A DNA stretch of 64,000 bases from Oligoflexia bacterium (GCA_963758495.1 CAVWVI010000004.1:928001-992000), one strand, 5' to 3'; counted from the stretch's first letter, positions 40,516 to 50,638 are shown. The notes: a model not told the origin generated them from the sequence alone. Program-made: numbers and translations.

Positions 40516-41339
40516 TTCCAATTGCAGCAATTACAGCCTGGCGAAAGTACGCCCCTTGGAAAGAACAGTATCAAATCGAGCAGGATCTCGTCCTCACCAA
40601 GGCGGTGATCCAAATATACTCTCACCCGGCCCTTCAAAGCGCCTTCGCTTTTCGAGGAGGAACGGCTCTTCACAAGCTCTTTTATGAAACGCCTAACCGA
40701 TACTCTGAAGATATTGATTTAGTTCAAGTGGAAAAGAAACCCATCGGAGGGGCAATAGATGCAATTCGTAGTTTGATTGATCCGTGGCTAGGACCGCCCC
40801 AAAGAAATACAAAGCCAGATCGAGTTTCTTTGATCTATCGTTTTGAATCAGAGTCCCCCAGTCCAAGGAAAATGCGGCTCAAAATTGAAGTGAACACCGG
40901 CGAGCATTTCAACATACTAGGACTTCAAAAGAAAAAGATCGAAGCAATCAACCCATGGTTTAGTGGAAAGGCTGAGCCCCTTACTTATGAAATCGAAGAA
41001 CTCTTAGGAACAAAGCTCCGAGCCCTTTATCAAAGAAAGAAGGGACGCGACCTTTTTGATATGAACGTAGCAATTGAATCCTTTTCCAATCTGGAAATTA
41101 GCAAGGTCATCGATTGCTTTCTTAGATACATGGAGCACGACGGAGCCGTGATTAGTCGAGCCCAATATGAAGCCAATTTGGCAGATAAGTTAGAAGACCC
41201 AGCTTTTGTAAGAGATATTGAAGCTGTCTTGACACCAGGAGGAGCAAAATTTGATCCTCAGGCTGCAGGAATAAAAATTAAAGAGAGAGTTCTTTCTCAG
41301 TTAGCCGGGGAACCCTGGAAAGGCAGGAAAGAAAAGTGA
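40512..41339 (+). CDS. abiEii: Type IV TA toxin, AbiEii/AbiGii nucleotidyltransferase
   Basis: FRGGTALHK, RYSEDIDL, KIEVN, KGRDLFD; ATGA overlap with abiEi. Confidence 0.92.
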   Translation: MIPIAAITAWRKYAPWKEQYQIEQDLVLTKAVIQIYSHPALQSAFAFRGGTALHKLFYETPNRYSEDIDLVQVEKKPIGGAIDAIRSLIDPWLGPPQRNTKPDRVSLIYRFESESPSPRKMRLKIEVNTGEHFNILGLQKKKIEAINPWFSGKAEPLTYEIEELLGTKLRALYQRKKGRDLFDMNVAIESFSNLEISKVIDCFLRYMEHDGAVISRAQYEANLADKLEDPAFVRDIEAVLTPGGAKFDPQAAGIKIKERVLSQLAGEPWKGRKEK

Positions 41340-41561
41340 TGAGTGAGCAAAACAAATGGGAGACTAAAATTTTTCCATAGGAAGTTTCCCGCCGAAGGCA
41401 GTTCAGTTCAATGAACATTAACCTCCACAGTATTTTTAAGTTAATCCAATATATCCGTGCTTTAAAATTTATTTTTGCCTCCTATAAATGAATCATCCGT
41501 TATGATTTAATAATTGAATAAGGCAATTCTGAAACCTATATCCTAGGAAAGAAACGATTTC

Positions 41562-42188
41562 ATGAAAATTTTCGCAGCAGGTATTTTGTTATTTACGTCC
41601 ATAGCACTAGCTGAAAATGGACCCCTTTCTCTATCACCCGAGCAATTTAAGCAATATTTACAAAGTGTAGAGCAACAGGAACGACAGGACCTAGCTGAAC
41701 TACAAGCAAAACTGGCAGCAGCACTTTCGAAGCCCTCCAAAGGAGATTTAAAAAAAACCGACCTCCAAACCGCCTCCCCCGAAAGCACTACTCCCACGTC
41801 CAGCGAAGACGACGACGATGAGTCGACGCAAGCATTAGATGAGAGTCTACGTAACGAAATTGACGCGAAAAAATCAAACATTGAATACATCAAAGAACTC
41901 TCTGCAGACGAAAACGTAATATCGAATTTCAATGCAAGCTTTAATAAGTTTTATGAAAACGATCAGGGCTTAAAGTCAAGAATTGATCAACTGCAAAACA
42001 ACATCGATAACCTCAAGAAATGTGTGGAACAGTTAGGACTCTCCGAAAATAAGCACTGTGCCGAGTGCGCAAATTCGGCAAAGTGTCAGGTGGAAATAAA
42101 CAAAATACTGCTCACCAGCCTTGAACATTTCCAATCACTGACGTGCGATCTTTGCTCTATGACTCTCAGATTATCACAATTAAGATGA
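41562..42188 (+). CDS. Secreted hypothetical coiled-coil protein with Cys-rich C-terminus
   Basis: Signal peptide MKIFAAGILLFTSIALA. Confidence 0.75.
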   Translation: MKIFAAGILLFTSIALAENGPLSLSPEQFKQYLQSVEQQERQDLAELQAKLAAALSKPSKGDLKKTDLQTASPESTTPTSSEDDDDESTQALDESLRNEIDAKKSNIEYIKELSADENVISNFNASFNKFYENDQGLKSRIDQLQNNIDNLKKCVEQLGLSENKHCAECANSAKCQVEINKILLTSLEHFQSLTCDLCSMTLRLSQLR

Positions 42189-42319
42189 TGTAGATAAAAA
42201 AGACCTGCGGATAAACTCCAGGGACCTGCAAGGGGTTTTTATTATCAGGGTAACCATACTGAGTAGTCTGGCGCTTGCCTATTTAGAATGGACGAATCCC
42301 ACCTTCATTCAAAAAGAAG

Positions 42320-42697
42320 TCAAATTTCCAAATTTAAAGCTTTTGCGATAGCGATCTCCAGCTTCTGCATATCAAATGGTTTAGGAAAGATTTCATTCAC
42401 TCCCAAGGATTTTACATCCTCCAAAATGAAATCCGAGTAACCCGTAATGAAAAAAAAGGGCATGCTGAATCCGTTTTCTCGAACCATCTTGAGGAAAGCA
42501 ACACCATCCCCCCCTGACATCCTCAAATCAGAGCAAATTAAATTTACTTCTTTAGTGAGTAGCTGCTCAAACGCTTTTATCCCGTTTTCAGCCAACATAA
42601 CTGTAGCTCCCAAGAGCCCAAAGTTTGCCGCTATAATTTGACGTATCATAGGCTCATCATCGGCGATGAGAATTACTTTTCCATTCAGGTTGATCAT
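42320..42697 (-). CDS. Single-domain response regulator
   Basis: IADDE, SDLRM, ITG and KPF receiver motifs. Confidence 0.9.
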   Translation of the reverse strand: MINLNGKVILIADDEPMIRQIIAANFGLLGATVMLAENGIKAFEQLLTKEVNLICSDLRMSGGDGVAFLKMVRENGFSMPFFFITGYSDFILEDVKSLGVNEIFPKPFDMQKLEIAIAKALNLEI

Positions 42698-42865
42698 GAA
42701 ATTCTTCCTTCTTACTTTATTATCGTAATAAAAAAAAATTTATTGACCTTTCCTACACCTTTCACCCTACATTCTGTGTGCAAGAATCTCTGAAACCCAA
42801 TTTAAATTGTGTTAGTTTTTCGATCTATCACCGAAAAGAAGAGTAAGACCTGGGGGGCCCATTGC

Positions 42866-43876
42866 GTGATCATTGAAGTGAAAAATGTTCATCGGTCGTT
42901 TCGATCTGCAACTAGAACAGAAGGTTGGAAGGGGGCATTCAAATTTTTTGTGAAACCCCAGTACCAGACTCACCAGGCATTAAAAGGAGTCAGCTTCAGT
43001 TTAGAAGCAGGATCATTTAATGGCCTGATCGGTGCAAACGGTGCCGGTAAAACTACTTTACTTAAAATCCTCTCGGGATTGATCCCGCCTTCACAAGGAG
43101 AAGTCCGCGTGTTGGGATTTCAACCCTTTAAACGCGCCCTCGATTTTCGACGAACCATTGCTCTTGTGATGGGGCAAAAAGCTCAACTCTGGTGGGATCT
43201 ACCCGCAACGGATGCTTTTGACTTGCTGCGTGCAATTTATGAAATTCCTCAGCCTATCTATCGAGAAAGACTCCACACGCTTTCAGAATTACTCGATGTG
43301 AAACAGCATCTGAATACTCAAATTCGTAGACTCTCTTTAGGTGAGCGAATGAAGATGGAATTGATTGGGGCCATTCTCCATTGGCCGAGTGTTATTTTTC
43401 TAGATGAGCCCACCATTGGCTTGGATGTATTCGCAGCACATAAGCTCAGAGAGTTTTTAAAAACTTTTAATCAACATGAGAAAGCAACCATCATTCTTAC
43501 AAGCCACAACATGGACGATATTGAAAAGCTTTGCTCTCGAGTCCTCATCTTAAAGTCAGGGGAGCTGATCTATGATGGTCAGCCCAAGGGGATTACAAAA
43601 AAAGGAGAACGCCGTCTCCGTGTGAGGTTTCTTGAAAAACCGTCTTTGAGTCAAATTCAAATCATTACCGGACTACCTAGAGAAGCCATAGAAGAAGAAA
43701 ACCAAGAGGAATCAGGAGACAGGATCATCCATTTTCACATTAAACAGGATCAAATTGTTTCGATATTACAAGTTCTCATGAATCAGTACTCCATTATAGA
43801 TATGGGAATTGAGGAACCGAGCTTGGAAACGGTCATTCAAAGGCTCTTTGCAGAAGAACGGATGGAGAATTCATGA
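42866..43876 (+). CDS. ABC-2-type exporter ATPase
   Basis: GANGAGKTT, LSLGERMK, LDEPTIGLD. Confidence 0.92.
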   Translation: MIIEVKNVHRSFRSATRTEGWKGAFKFFVKPQYQTHQALKGVSFSLEAGSFNGLIGANGAGKTTLLKILSGLIPPSQGEVRVLGFQPFKRALDFRRTIALVMGQKAQLWWDLPATDAFDLLRAIYEIPQPIYRERLHTLSELLDVKQHLNTQIRRLSLGERMKMELIGAILHWPSVIFLDEPTIGLDVFAAHKLREFLKTFNQHEKATIILTSHNMDDIEKLCSRVLILKSGELIYDGQPKGITKKGERRLRVRFLEKPSLSQIQIITGLPREAIEEENQEESGDRIIHFHIKQDQIVSILQVLMNQYSIIDMGIEEPSLETVIQRLFAEERMENS

Positions 43877-44664
43877 AACTCCAATGGAGACTTGCTGCAT
43901 TAAAAAATGGTTTTCAGGATGCTACCGCCTATCGACTTGAGTTCTTATTTGAAATTTTAGGGTCTGCTTTTGTTCCTGCCGCTATTCAAGGAATACTTTG
44001 GTACGCTCTTTTTAAAGTAGGGGGTGCTACTCGAGTCGGGGGAATGACCTACTCCGACATGATTCATTATACTCTAGCCACTCTTCTTTTTAGCCAAGTC
44101 CGAGGCGGGGATCACGATTTTGAATTACAAGAGATGATTCGTTCTGGGCAACTCAGTAATTACCTTTTACGTCCTGTGGGGGTGGTAGAGTTCGTTTATC
44201 TACGCGGTGTGGCACCTCGAATCTTTATTGCAGCCTTTTGTCTAATTTTAGGAAGTACTATCGGAATCAAAATTGGCCTGTCTCCACTTCGAATGGCAGG
44301 TGCCATGCTTATGGCATTCATTGGGAATATTATTCATTATCAAATCGGTGCTATTCTTTCGACTACCGCTTTCTTATGGGAAGAAGCTTACAGCTTACTC
44401 ATGGTTAAAAATATGATCGTGAATTTACTTTCAGGGGAGTTAATTCCACTCAGTCTTTTCCCACCCTCTATGCAATGGATCTGGAAATCAACTCCCTTTT
44501 ATCTCTACGTCTATGGACCTACTCAATATGCATTAGGACATTGGAGTCATACAGAATACCTCCATCAATTAGGAATTGCAGCACTTTGGATGCTCGGAGC
44601 ATGGGTTTTCATTCGGTTGACATGGGCTTTAGGAATGAAGCGCTATTTAAGCCTAGGGGGTTAG
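43873..44664 (+). CDS. ABC-2 family permease (DUF990-like)
   Basis: IRSGQLSNYLLRP; about 6 TMs. Confidence 0.88.
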   Translation: MKLQWRLAALKNGFQDATAYRLEFLFEILGSAFVPAAIQGILWYALFKVGGATRVGGMTYSDMIHYTLATLLFSQVRGGDHDFELQEMIRSGQLSNYLLRPVGVVEFVYLRGVAPRIFIAAFCLILGSTIGIKIGLSPLRMAGAMLMAFIGNIIHYQIGAILSTTAFLWEEAYSLLMVKNMIVNLLSGELIPLSLFPPSMQWIWKSTPFYLYVYGPTQYALGHWSHTEYLHQLGIAALWMLGAWVFIRLTWALGMKRYLSLGG

Positions 44665-44668
44665 TCTG

Positions 44669-45460
44669 ATGGATCTATTCAGATATCTAGAAGTCTATCG
44701 TGTTCAAATAAAGAATAATTTTATTCGTGAGGCTGTTTATCGAACGAATTTTTTGACGGCTGTAACAGTGGACATCATTTGGATTGCCGTCGAGCTCAGC
44801 TTATTCTCAGTTCTGTATGCAAACGTCACGACTCTAGCCGGTTGGACACAGGCACAAATTTACTTCTTTTTAGGAATTTTCTTTTCATCTGATGCGCTCT
44901 TTACGGTTTTTTTTCAGAGAAATTTTTGGAATTTTTCAGACTTAGTCAATAAAGGTGAACTTGATATTCTTCTTACTAAGCCTATTCACCCCTTGTTTTT
45001 GGCACTTTCACGCTCCATCAATCTGACCGCCGTATTCAATATTGTTTTAGGATTATCTATCGCTGTGCGATTTTCAAAGCCTGCTGGATTTTCAGGCGGG
45101 ATTTACTGGTCATTAGTAGCTTTATGGCTTCTCATTGGGCTTATTGCCGCTGTTCTGATTCGCTTTGCCTTTTCAGTTTGGGTCTTCTGGACTGATCGAA
45201 GTTGGGCTATTTCACGCCTTTACTATCAATTTTTTGCCTTTGCTACCAAGCCTGACACTTTATACCCCAAAGCGATTCGCTACTTAATTCTAACGGCACT
45301 GCCATTCGCCTTTATTGGGAGTGTGCCTGCTCGAGCGTTACTCTACGGCTTAGAGCTAAAAGAATATATGATGCTTTTTTCTGTCCTCTTTACATTTATT
45401 CTATTGAACTCTTTTCTATGGCAGCGCGGACTCAAACGTTATCAAAGCGCCAGTAGTTAA
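44669..45460 (+). CDS. ABC-2 family permease (DUF990-like)
   Basis: GELDILLTKP; LKRYQSASS end. Confidence 0.88.
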   Translation: MDLFRYLEVYRVQIKNNFIREAVYRTNFLTAVTVDIIWIAVELSLFSVLYANVTTLAGWTQAQIYFFLGIFFSSDALFTVFFQRNFWNFSDLVNKGELDILLTKPIHPLFLALSRSINLTAVFNIVLGLSIAVRFSKPAGFSGGIYWSLVALWLLIGLIAAVLIRFAFSVWVFWTDRSWAISRLYYQFFAFATKPDTLYPKAIRYLILTALPFAFIGSVPARALLYGLELKEYMMLFSVLFTFILLNSFLWQRGLKRYQSASS

Positions 45461-45477
45461 ATCAGTCCAATTTTCCT

Positions 45478-45495
45478 TGGTCGCCACGGCGACCA
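45478..45495. promoter_or_regulatory. Candidate non-canonical parS site 1
   Basis: TGGTCGCC-AC-GGCGACCA palindrome upstream of parA. Confidence 0.65.
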
Positions 45496-45592
45496 CATAA
45501 AAATCTTATCGGAATCCATAATTAATTTTCTTTATCCTTGCACAAACTCAATAGGGGCATAAACTTTTTGTTCAAAACCCATGGAGGTGGTA

Positions 45593-46573
45593 ATGGCTTC
45601 ATTTCGCGAAATATGTTTTACACCAGCTGAATTTATTAACATAGCAAAACTCGATAAAGCTAAATTTTCACTACTTGAAAATGAGGGTCTACTCAAGACG
45701 GTAAAACGCCGCTTTGGCAATGTTGACCGAAAAATGATTACGCTTGAAGACATGAGAGAGTATTTCATTTCTACGAGAGACGGTCGCCGTGGCGACCAAG
45801 AATTAGAGAAGTACCTTCCTCATCATAAAATTCAGATGTTCTACAATGTCAAAGGCGGAACGGGAAAGTCTACCCTGACTGCTCAATATGTAATGAAAAC
45901 TGCAATGCTTGGATTAAAAGTCCTTGCTATTGACCTAGATGGACAGGGGCATCTCACCGTAAATCTCGATGTTTTAGATGCTCATGAACGTCCGACAATC
46001 TACGATGTGCTCATCAATGATCTTCCTTTCTCAGACGCCATCATGAATGTGGCGCCTGGATTGGACCTGGTTCCTGCCAATCTTGGTCTGTGCAATATTG
46101 AAATTCCACTCAACAACAAGGCAAGAAGGGAATATCGACTTTCTGAGGCCATTGCAAAGGTTGCAGATCAATATGATCTTATCGTAGCTGATACAAATCC
46201 TGCTGCTTCCATTCTCAATGGATCCATGCTGGTGGCAGCTCATTTGGTCAATGTAGTGTGCGCAACCAATCCTTTATCGTTTCATGGAATGTCATTGGTG
46301 ATGGCTACGATAGAAGGAATGGAACGAGAATTTAAGCACGCTCTTGAGGTCAAAATTATTCCTAATATGTACGACAATCGGGAGGTCATCAGTCAAGAGG
46401 TACTGGGAGAATTACGATCGCAATTTTCAGAGAATTGTACTCATGCAGTCATCAACCGAAGTGCGGACCTGAATGAGGCGACAAAAAGAAGAACGACTGT
46501 CTGGGGAGTGAATCCCAAAGGGGTCGCTGCAAAGGATATCAAAGCACTCACTGACGAGTTGCTTTCCACTTAA
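45593..46573 (+). CDS. parA: ParA ATPase with N-terminal extension (type Ia-like)
   Basis: Deviant Walker A KGGTGKST, IDLDGQG, DLVPAN; about 80-aa N-terminal putative wHTH; RBS GGAGGT. Confidence 0.9.
   Translation: MASFREICFTPAEFINIAKLDKAKFSLLENEGLLKTVKRRFGNVDRKMITLEDMREYFISTRDGRRGDQELEKYLPHHKIQMFYNVKGGTGKSTLTAQYVMKTAMLGLKVLAIDLDGQGHLTVNLDVLDAHERPTIYDVLINDLPFSDAIMNVAPGLDLVPANLGLCNIEIPLNNKARREYRLSEAIAKVADQYDLIVADTNPAASILNGSMLVAAHLVNVVCATNPLSFHGMSLVMATIEGMEREFKHALEVKIIPNMYDNREVISQEVLGELRSQFSENCTHAVINRSADLNEATKRRTTVWGVNPKGVAAKDIKALTDELLST
45782..45800. promoter_or_regulatory. Candidate non-canonical parS site 2 (inside parA)
   Basis: GGTCGCCGTGGCGACCAAG is the exact reverse complement of 45476..45494. 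Confidence 0.65.
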
Positions 46574-46608
46574 TCAATTCAGCTGAATCAATACAGAAGG
46601 AGATTCTC

Positions 46609-47508
46609 ATGGATGAAACGAAAAAAGACGATCAGGCAAATTCAAAGATTAAAACTCGACAAGGCAGCGGTTACCTTAAACAGCTCTACTCAACCGCAAA
46701 AACAACCGCAGGATCAACTCACTCTCACCTCAAAAATCTCACCACGTTTTTAGTCAATTTCATTCCGGTCGAAAAAGTAGATGCATCAGAACTTCAAGTT
46801 CGAGTGCATTTTGACGATTCTGAAATCGCTGGGCTTTCACACTCCATTAAAGAACACGGAGTGTTGCAGCCTATTTTAGTCGTGCAAGATGGAGATCGAT
46901 ATAAAGTTATCGCAGGTGAACGAAGACTCCGTGCAGCTAAGATGGCCGGACTGGAACGAATTCCTGCCCGTGTCTTATCTACCAACGATAAGGCTACTCA
47001 TGAAATTGCACTCCGTGAAAATCTAGATCGAGTTGATTTACATCCCATTGAAGAAGGAGAAGGCTATGTTTCTCTCTTGGAGGCTCAGGCCTATACAAGT
47101 CACGACGCGATAGCAAAAGCATTTAGCAAGCCAAAATCAAGAATTACAGAGTGTATAGGCTTCACAAGATTGCCACAGAGCACAAAAACTGAGCTACTTC
47201 GCATCGGAATTAAAAATAGGGCGCTTCTTCGTCAACTCCTCAATCTCAGTCCCGAAAAACATCTCACCTTAATCTCCGAGGTAGCAGGAAAAGAAGAAAC
47301 TCTGGAAGTTCGAAATGGACTCCCTCTTTCACCTCCAACTGAGAAAGGAGGATTAAAACCACTGCCTAAGCCATTTCAATACCGGGCCGATCGCAGAGTT
47401 GTCTCTGTCCCCAGCTTTAAGTGGAAAAAGAGCCAAGATATTCAAATCCTAAAATCTTATGCAGACACACTTCGAAAATTACTAACAGAGATTGAAGCTC
47501 TTATGTAA
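46609..47508 (+). CDS. parB: ParB/Spo0J-family protein
   Basis: SIKEHGVLQPI, AGERRLRA arginine patch, ENLDRVDL and HTH. Confidence 0.92.
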   Translation: MDETKKDDQANSKIKTRQGSGYLKQLYSTAKTTAGSTHSHLKNLTTFLVNFIPVEKVDASELQVRVHFDDSEIAGLSHSIKEHGVLQPILVVQDGDRYKVIAGERRLRAAKMAGLERIPARVLSTNDKATHEIALRENLDRVDLHPIEEGEGYVSLLEAQAYTSHDAIAKAFSKPKSRITECIGFTRLPQSTKTELLRIGIKNRALLRQLLNLSPEKHLTLISEVAGKEETLEVRNGLPLSPPTEKGGLKPLPKPFQYRADRRVVSVPSFKWKKSQDIQILKSYADTLRKLLTEIEALM

Positions 47509-48811
47509 TTAAGAAGCATTCAACTGATTGAGATTAATTCCAATTAAAGGCCATTTTGCATGACGGCCCTGTTGTTTAAGTAGGCCTTGGAGATAGCTGT
47601 TCAACTCATTGGTTCGAATATGGCCGTCCAATGAAGCGCGACGTAGAAGAACTCGATCACCCTGTCGAATCACTATCCCCTGATGGGTGATTAAGACAGG
47701 GTGAGTCCCTGTGCTTCTATGAACCAGACTCAGGACAGCCCCATCAGGAATTTCTTTCATGACTTTTTGGATATGAGAAATCTCAATATAAGGAACCTTT
47801 GCCTGCACTGGTTTTGACCATATTTTGTTAGCATGGGCTAATGAAGATAGATTCCTAGCAATCCTATGTTGTTTAATTTGACTTTTTAACCACTGGGCGC
47901 GATTCACCTGTTTTTTCTCAATCCGAACTTTCAAGCCACCTTTTTGAGCGACTTGCCTTGTAATATCCCTAATAATCTCAGCTTTTTGATTATTGGGGAT
48001 CCAATCTGCTTCAAGTAAATGATTATGAGAAAAAAAGTCGGACTTTCCACCGCTATAACGAATCGCTAATAAGTTATTAAAAAAATAATCCGGAGTCTCA
48101 CTCCTTGCCAGAGCAGCTACAGTTTCTATGAAAGTGATAGAATTATATTCATTTGGAACTATCGGAGTTAAATCATTCACTTGATGCCCATGAGCCAAAG
48201 AAAGTAATTTCTGTCTGCCTTCCTTATTTTTCTCTAAATAGGCACTCCAGTAATCAATCCTTTCCTGAAAACCGAGAAATTTTACATCATTAAACTCTGA
48301 TGACAATGGACTACTTACAGTAGCAAGATGAGGAGATGCCGCCTGAAGCTTCAGGGTTTCCACTTTATCCGCTGCGCCAGGTGTCATGATCTTATTTTGA
48401 ACATTAGATTGAACATTAGAATGAATATTTTTTCCGCCCTTATGGTTTACATAAAACAAAATCACTAATGACAATCCTAAAACTAGACCACCCATCGTGT
48501 AGTAAGCAGTGCGCCGATTGCGTTTTAAATGAGGAACGGAGCGAAGTGCATGAGGAACCACCACTCGCTGCTCTGGCTTCTTCTCACTCACAGTTACCTC
48601 TGGAGGTGAAGTATGATTTGGCTTTGCTTTTTCAATAGGTGGATCGACCAGTGAGGTAGGAATTCTCTTGGATTGAGTGGATGTCCTTTTATTGGTTACT
48701 TGGGTTACTTGGGTTACTCGGCTTACTCAGCTTACTCTGGCCCACCTTGAGCACTTTAGAACGAGTTACTTTACGATTAGTTTTTTTCTTTTTTACCAGT
48801 TTCTTTATCAT
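47509..48811 (-). CDS. Membrane-anchored DUF1460/NlpC-P60 amidase-like protein; probable true start 48811 with a frameshift near 48692
   Basis: TFIETVAALA, IRY, NH...DW and ITHQGI motifs; strong RBS AAGGAG before 48811; downstream frame is open back to about 48725. Confidence 0.7.
48693..48736. repeat. 9-bp degenerate tandem repeat (about 5 units)
   Basis: Minus strand AGTAAGCTG AGTAAGCCG AGTAACCCA AGTAACCCA AGTAACCA. Confidence 0.8.
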
Positions 48812-48941
48812 GCACACTCCTTTGTACATAATGTGCATCGGCATCCCTGGAAAAAACCTGAAAGAAATCTGAAAAAAATTTAACTTAAGCGGAAATGGCA
48901 CGGTATGTGCTCTCCCCCAGACAAAAATTGAGGGGAAAACC

Positions 48942-49361
48942 GTGACACAACGAAGAGATGAAAGATTTGAATTCTTTGGAAAAGTATTTTGGAACTTTTT
49001 TGCTCAAGGTGCTGATAAAAGGTCCGGCTATCTTGGGAACATTTCAAATTCTGGCTGTTTACTAAAAACAACCGAAGCGATTGAAAATCGAAGATGGATT
49101 CGACTGATCATTGAAGACAAATCGAATCATCTTTACTTTGTTGCAGTAGGTCGAGTGGTCCGACGTCAGAATTTTTTGGAAATTCTAAACGCCGGCACAG
49201 ATTTTACCCTCTATCAGCACGGTATTGAATTTACTTACCCAAATTACTTTTCTTGTGCTGCGACAGATTTAATTTTAGCTTTATCTAGAAGAAACTTGAT
49301 GGTTCGCTCTTGCCTGAGTCTAAATTCCAAATCTTCTTTACGACCTGAATTTTTGGCGTAG
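48942..49361 (+). CDS. PilZ-domain protein
   Basis: RRDER (RxxxR) and NISNSG (D/NxSxxG) motifs; GRVVR...HGIEF. Confidence 0.85.
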   Translation: MTQRRDERFEFFGKVFWNFFAQGADKRSGYLGNISNSGCLLKTTEAIENRRWIRLIIEDKSNHLYFVAVGRVVRRQNFLEILNAGTDFTLYQHGIEFTYPNYFSCAATDLILALSRRNLMVRSCLSLNSKSSLRPEFLA

Positions 49362-50638
49362 TATTCCTGAAGCTTTGTTTTTTCAACGTTCATTGTAACT
49401 GAGAGTCGATCTATTTCCATTTCTACTTCTTCAGTATTTATGGAAATACCTTCTTCTTTAGCAATCGCTTCAAGGACTAAACTGGCTCTTACCTGATTTT
49501 CAGCACGTTTTTTTAAATTTTCAATCTCATGCGTAATGGTCTGTTGAATGAATTTTTCTTCATAACCTTGCTTTTTTAAGTCTTGTGCCCAATCTTCCGC
49601 TAAAGCGCGAGTCTGCCCCTCAATCAAAGCAACAGGAACATCAAAGTGATTTTTTTCAATGATCTTACCCAGTAATTCACTTTGCAATTTTTGCTCAGAA
49701 TCGGCTATACGTTCACGTTGCAAAAATTCGCGAGCTTTTACACGTAAATCGCCCAAATTCTCGTGGCCTACCTGCTTTGCAAATTCATCATCCAAAACAG
49801 GAAGCTTTTTCTCTTTCACTTCGTTCACGGTTACAGTGAACTCAACTTCATGCCCTGCCAATGATGTTTCAGCAAAGTCACTCGGGAAAGTGAGTCGAAA
49901 CGTCTTGGTTTCACCCCGTCTCATGCCAATTAAATTTTCTTCAAAGCCAGGGATCCAAGTATTGGCTCCGACTTCGATCATCCTGCTACCTTGCATATCA
50001 GGACGAATCTGAACGGTATTATCCGTTACCATGCCACCCGAAAACTTTATGTCTACAAAATCACCGTTTTGTACAGGTCGAGATGATTCAGACCCATCAG
50101 CTAAAGCAAGACCACTCGAGGCAGGAACCAATTGACCTTGGGAGTTTTGTAAGTTGATCACCACTTTCTCAACCTGATCATCAGTAATGTCCACTTTTTC
50201 TTGATTTACAGCGATCCCTGTATAGCCCTTTACCTTAACTTCAGGCATCACTTCAAAAGTTGCTGTGAAAGTCAATTCTTGATCTTCTTTCAAAGTATGA
50301 TCGTGATCGCCTTTTCCCGTTTGATGATTTGGGGTGTCAATATGAGGTCTTCCGAGTACTCGAATTTCCTTTTCTTTGACAGCTTGATCAAAAGACTCAT
50401 CAATTAAATTATGAAATACGCGATGGCGGACATCTTCACCATAATACTGTTTTACAAGAGAAAGAGGCACCTGGCCTACACGAAATCCCTTTACTTGGGC
50501 AGTCTTCTGAACCGTTACCAAGCCCCGATCTAGATGTTTTTGCACCTCATGGGAAGGAACCTTAATAGTTAGTTTACGTACTATACTAGAGGGTGTTTCT
50601 ACTTCTACGCTAAATTCCATACTTCGTGTGGTTGCCAT
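49244..50638 (-). CDS. tig: Trigger factor
   Basis: KGFRVGQVP, FKBP domain IPGFEENLIG, LDDEFAK. Confidence 0.95.
   Translation of the reverse strand: MATTRSMEFSVEVETPSSIVRKLTIKVPSHEVQKHLDRGLVTVQKTAQVKGFRVGQVPLSLVKQYYGEDVRHRVFHNLIDESFDQAVKEKEIRVLGRPHIDTPNHQTGKGDHDHTLKEDQELTFTATFEVMPEVKVKGYTGIAVNQEKVDITDDQVEKVVINLQNSQGQLVPASSGLALADGSESSRPVQNGDFVDIKFSGGMVTDNTVQIRPDMQGSRMIEVGANTWIPGFEENLIGMRRGETKTFRLTFPSDFAETSLAGHEVEFTVTVNEVKEKKLPVLDDEFAKQVGHENLGDLRVKAREFLQRERIADSEQKLQSELLGKIIEKNHFDVPVALIEGQTRALAEDWAQDLKKQGYEEKFIQQTITHEIENLKKRAENQVRASLVLEAIAKEEGISINTEEVEMEIDRLSVTMNVEKTKLQEYYAKNSGRKEDLEFRLRQERTIKFLLDKAKIKSVAAQEK

Noticed and set aside
45460..45590. Replication origin at the parA upstream region
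   Set aside because: Only about 130 bp, with no DnaA-box cluster, iterons or rep gene visible.
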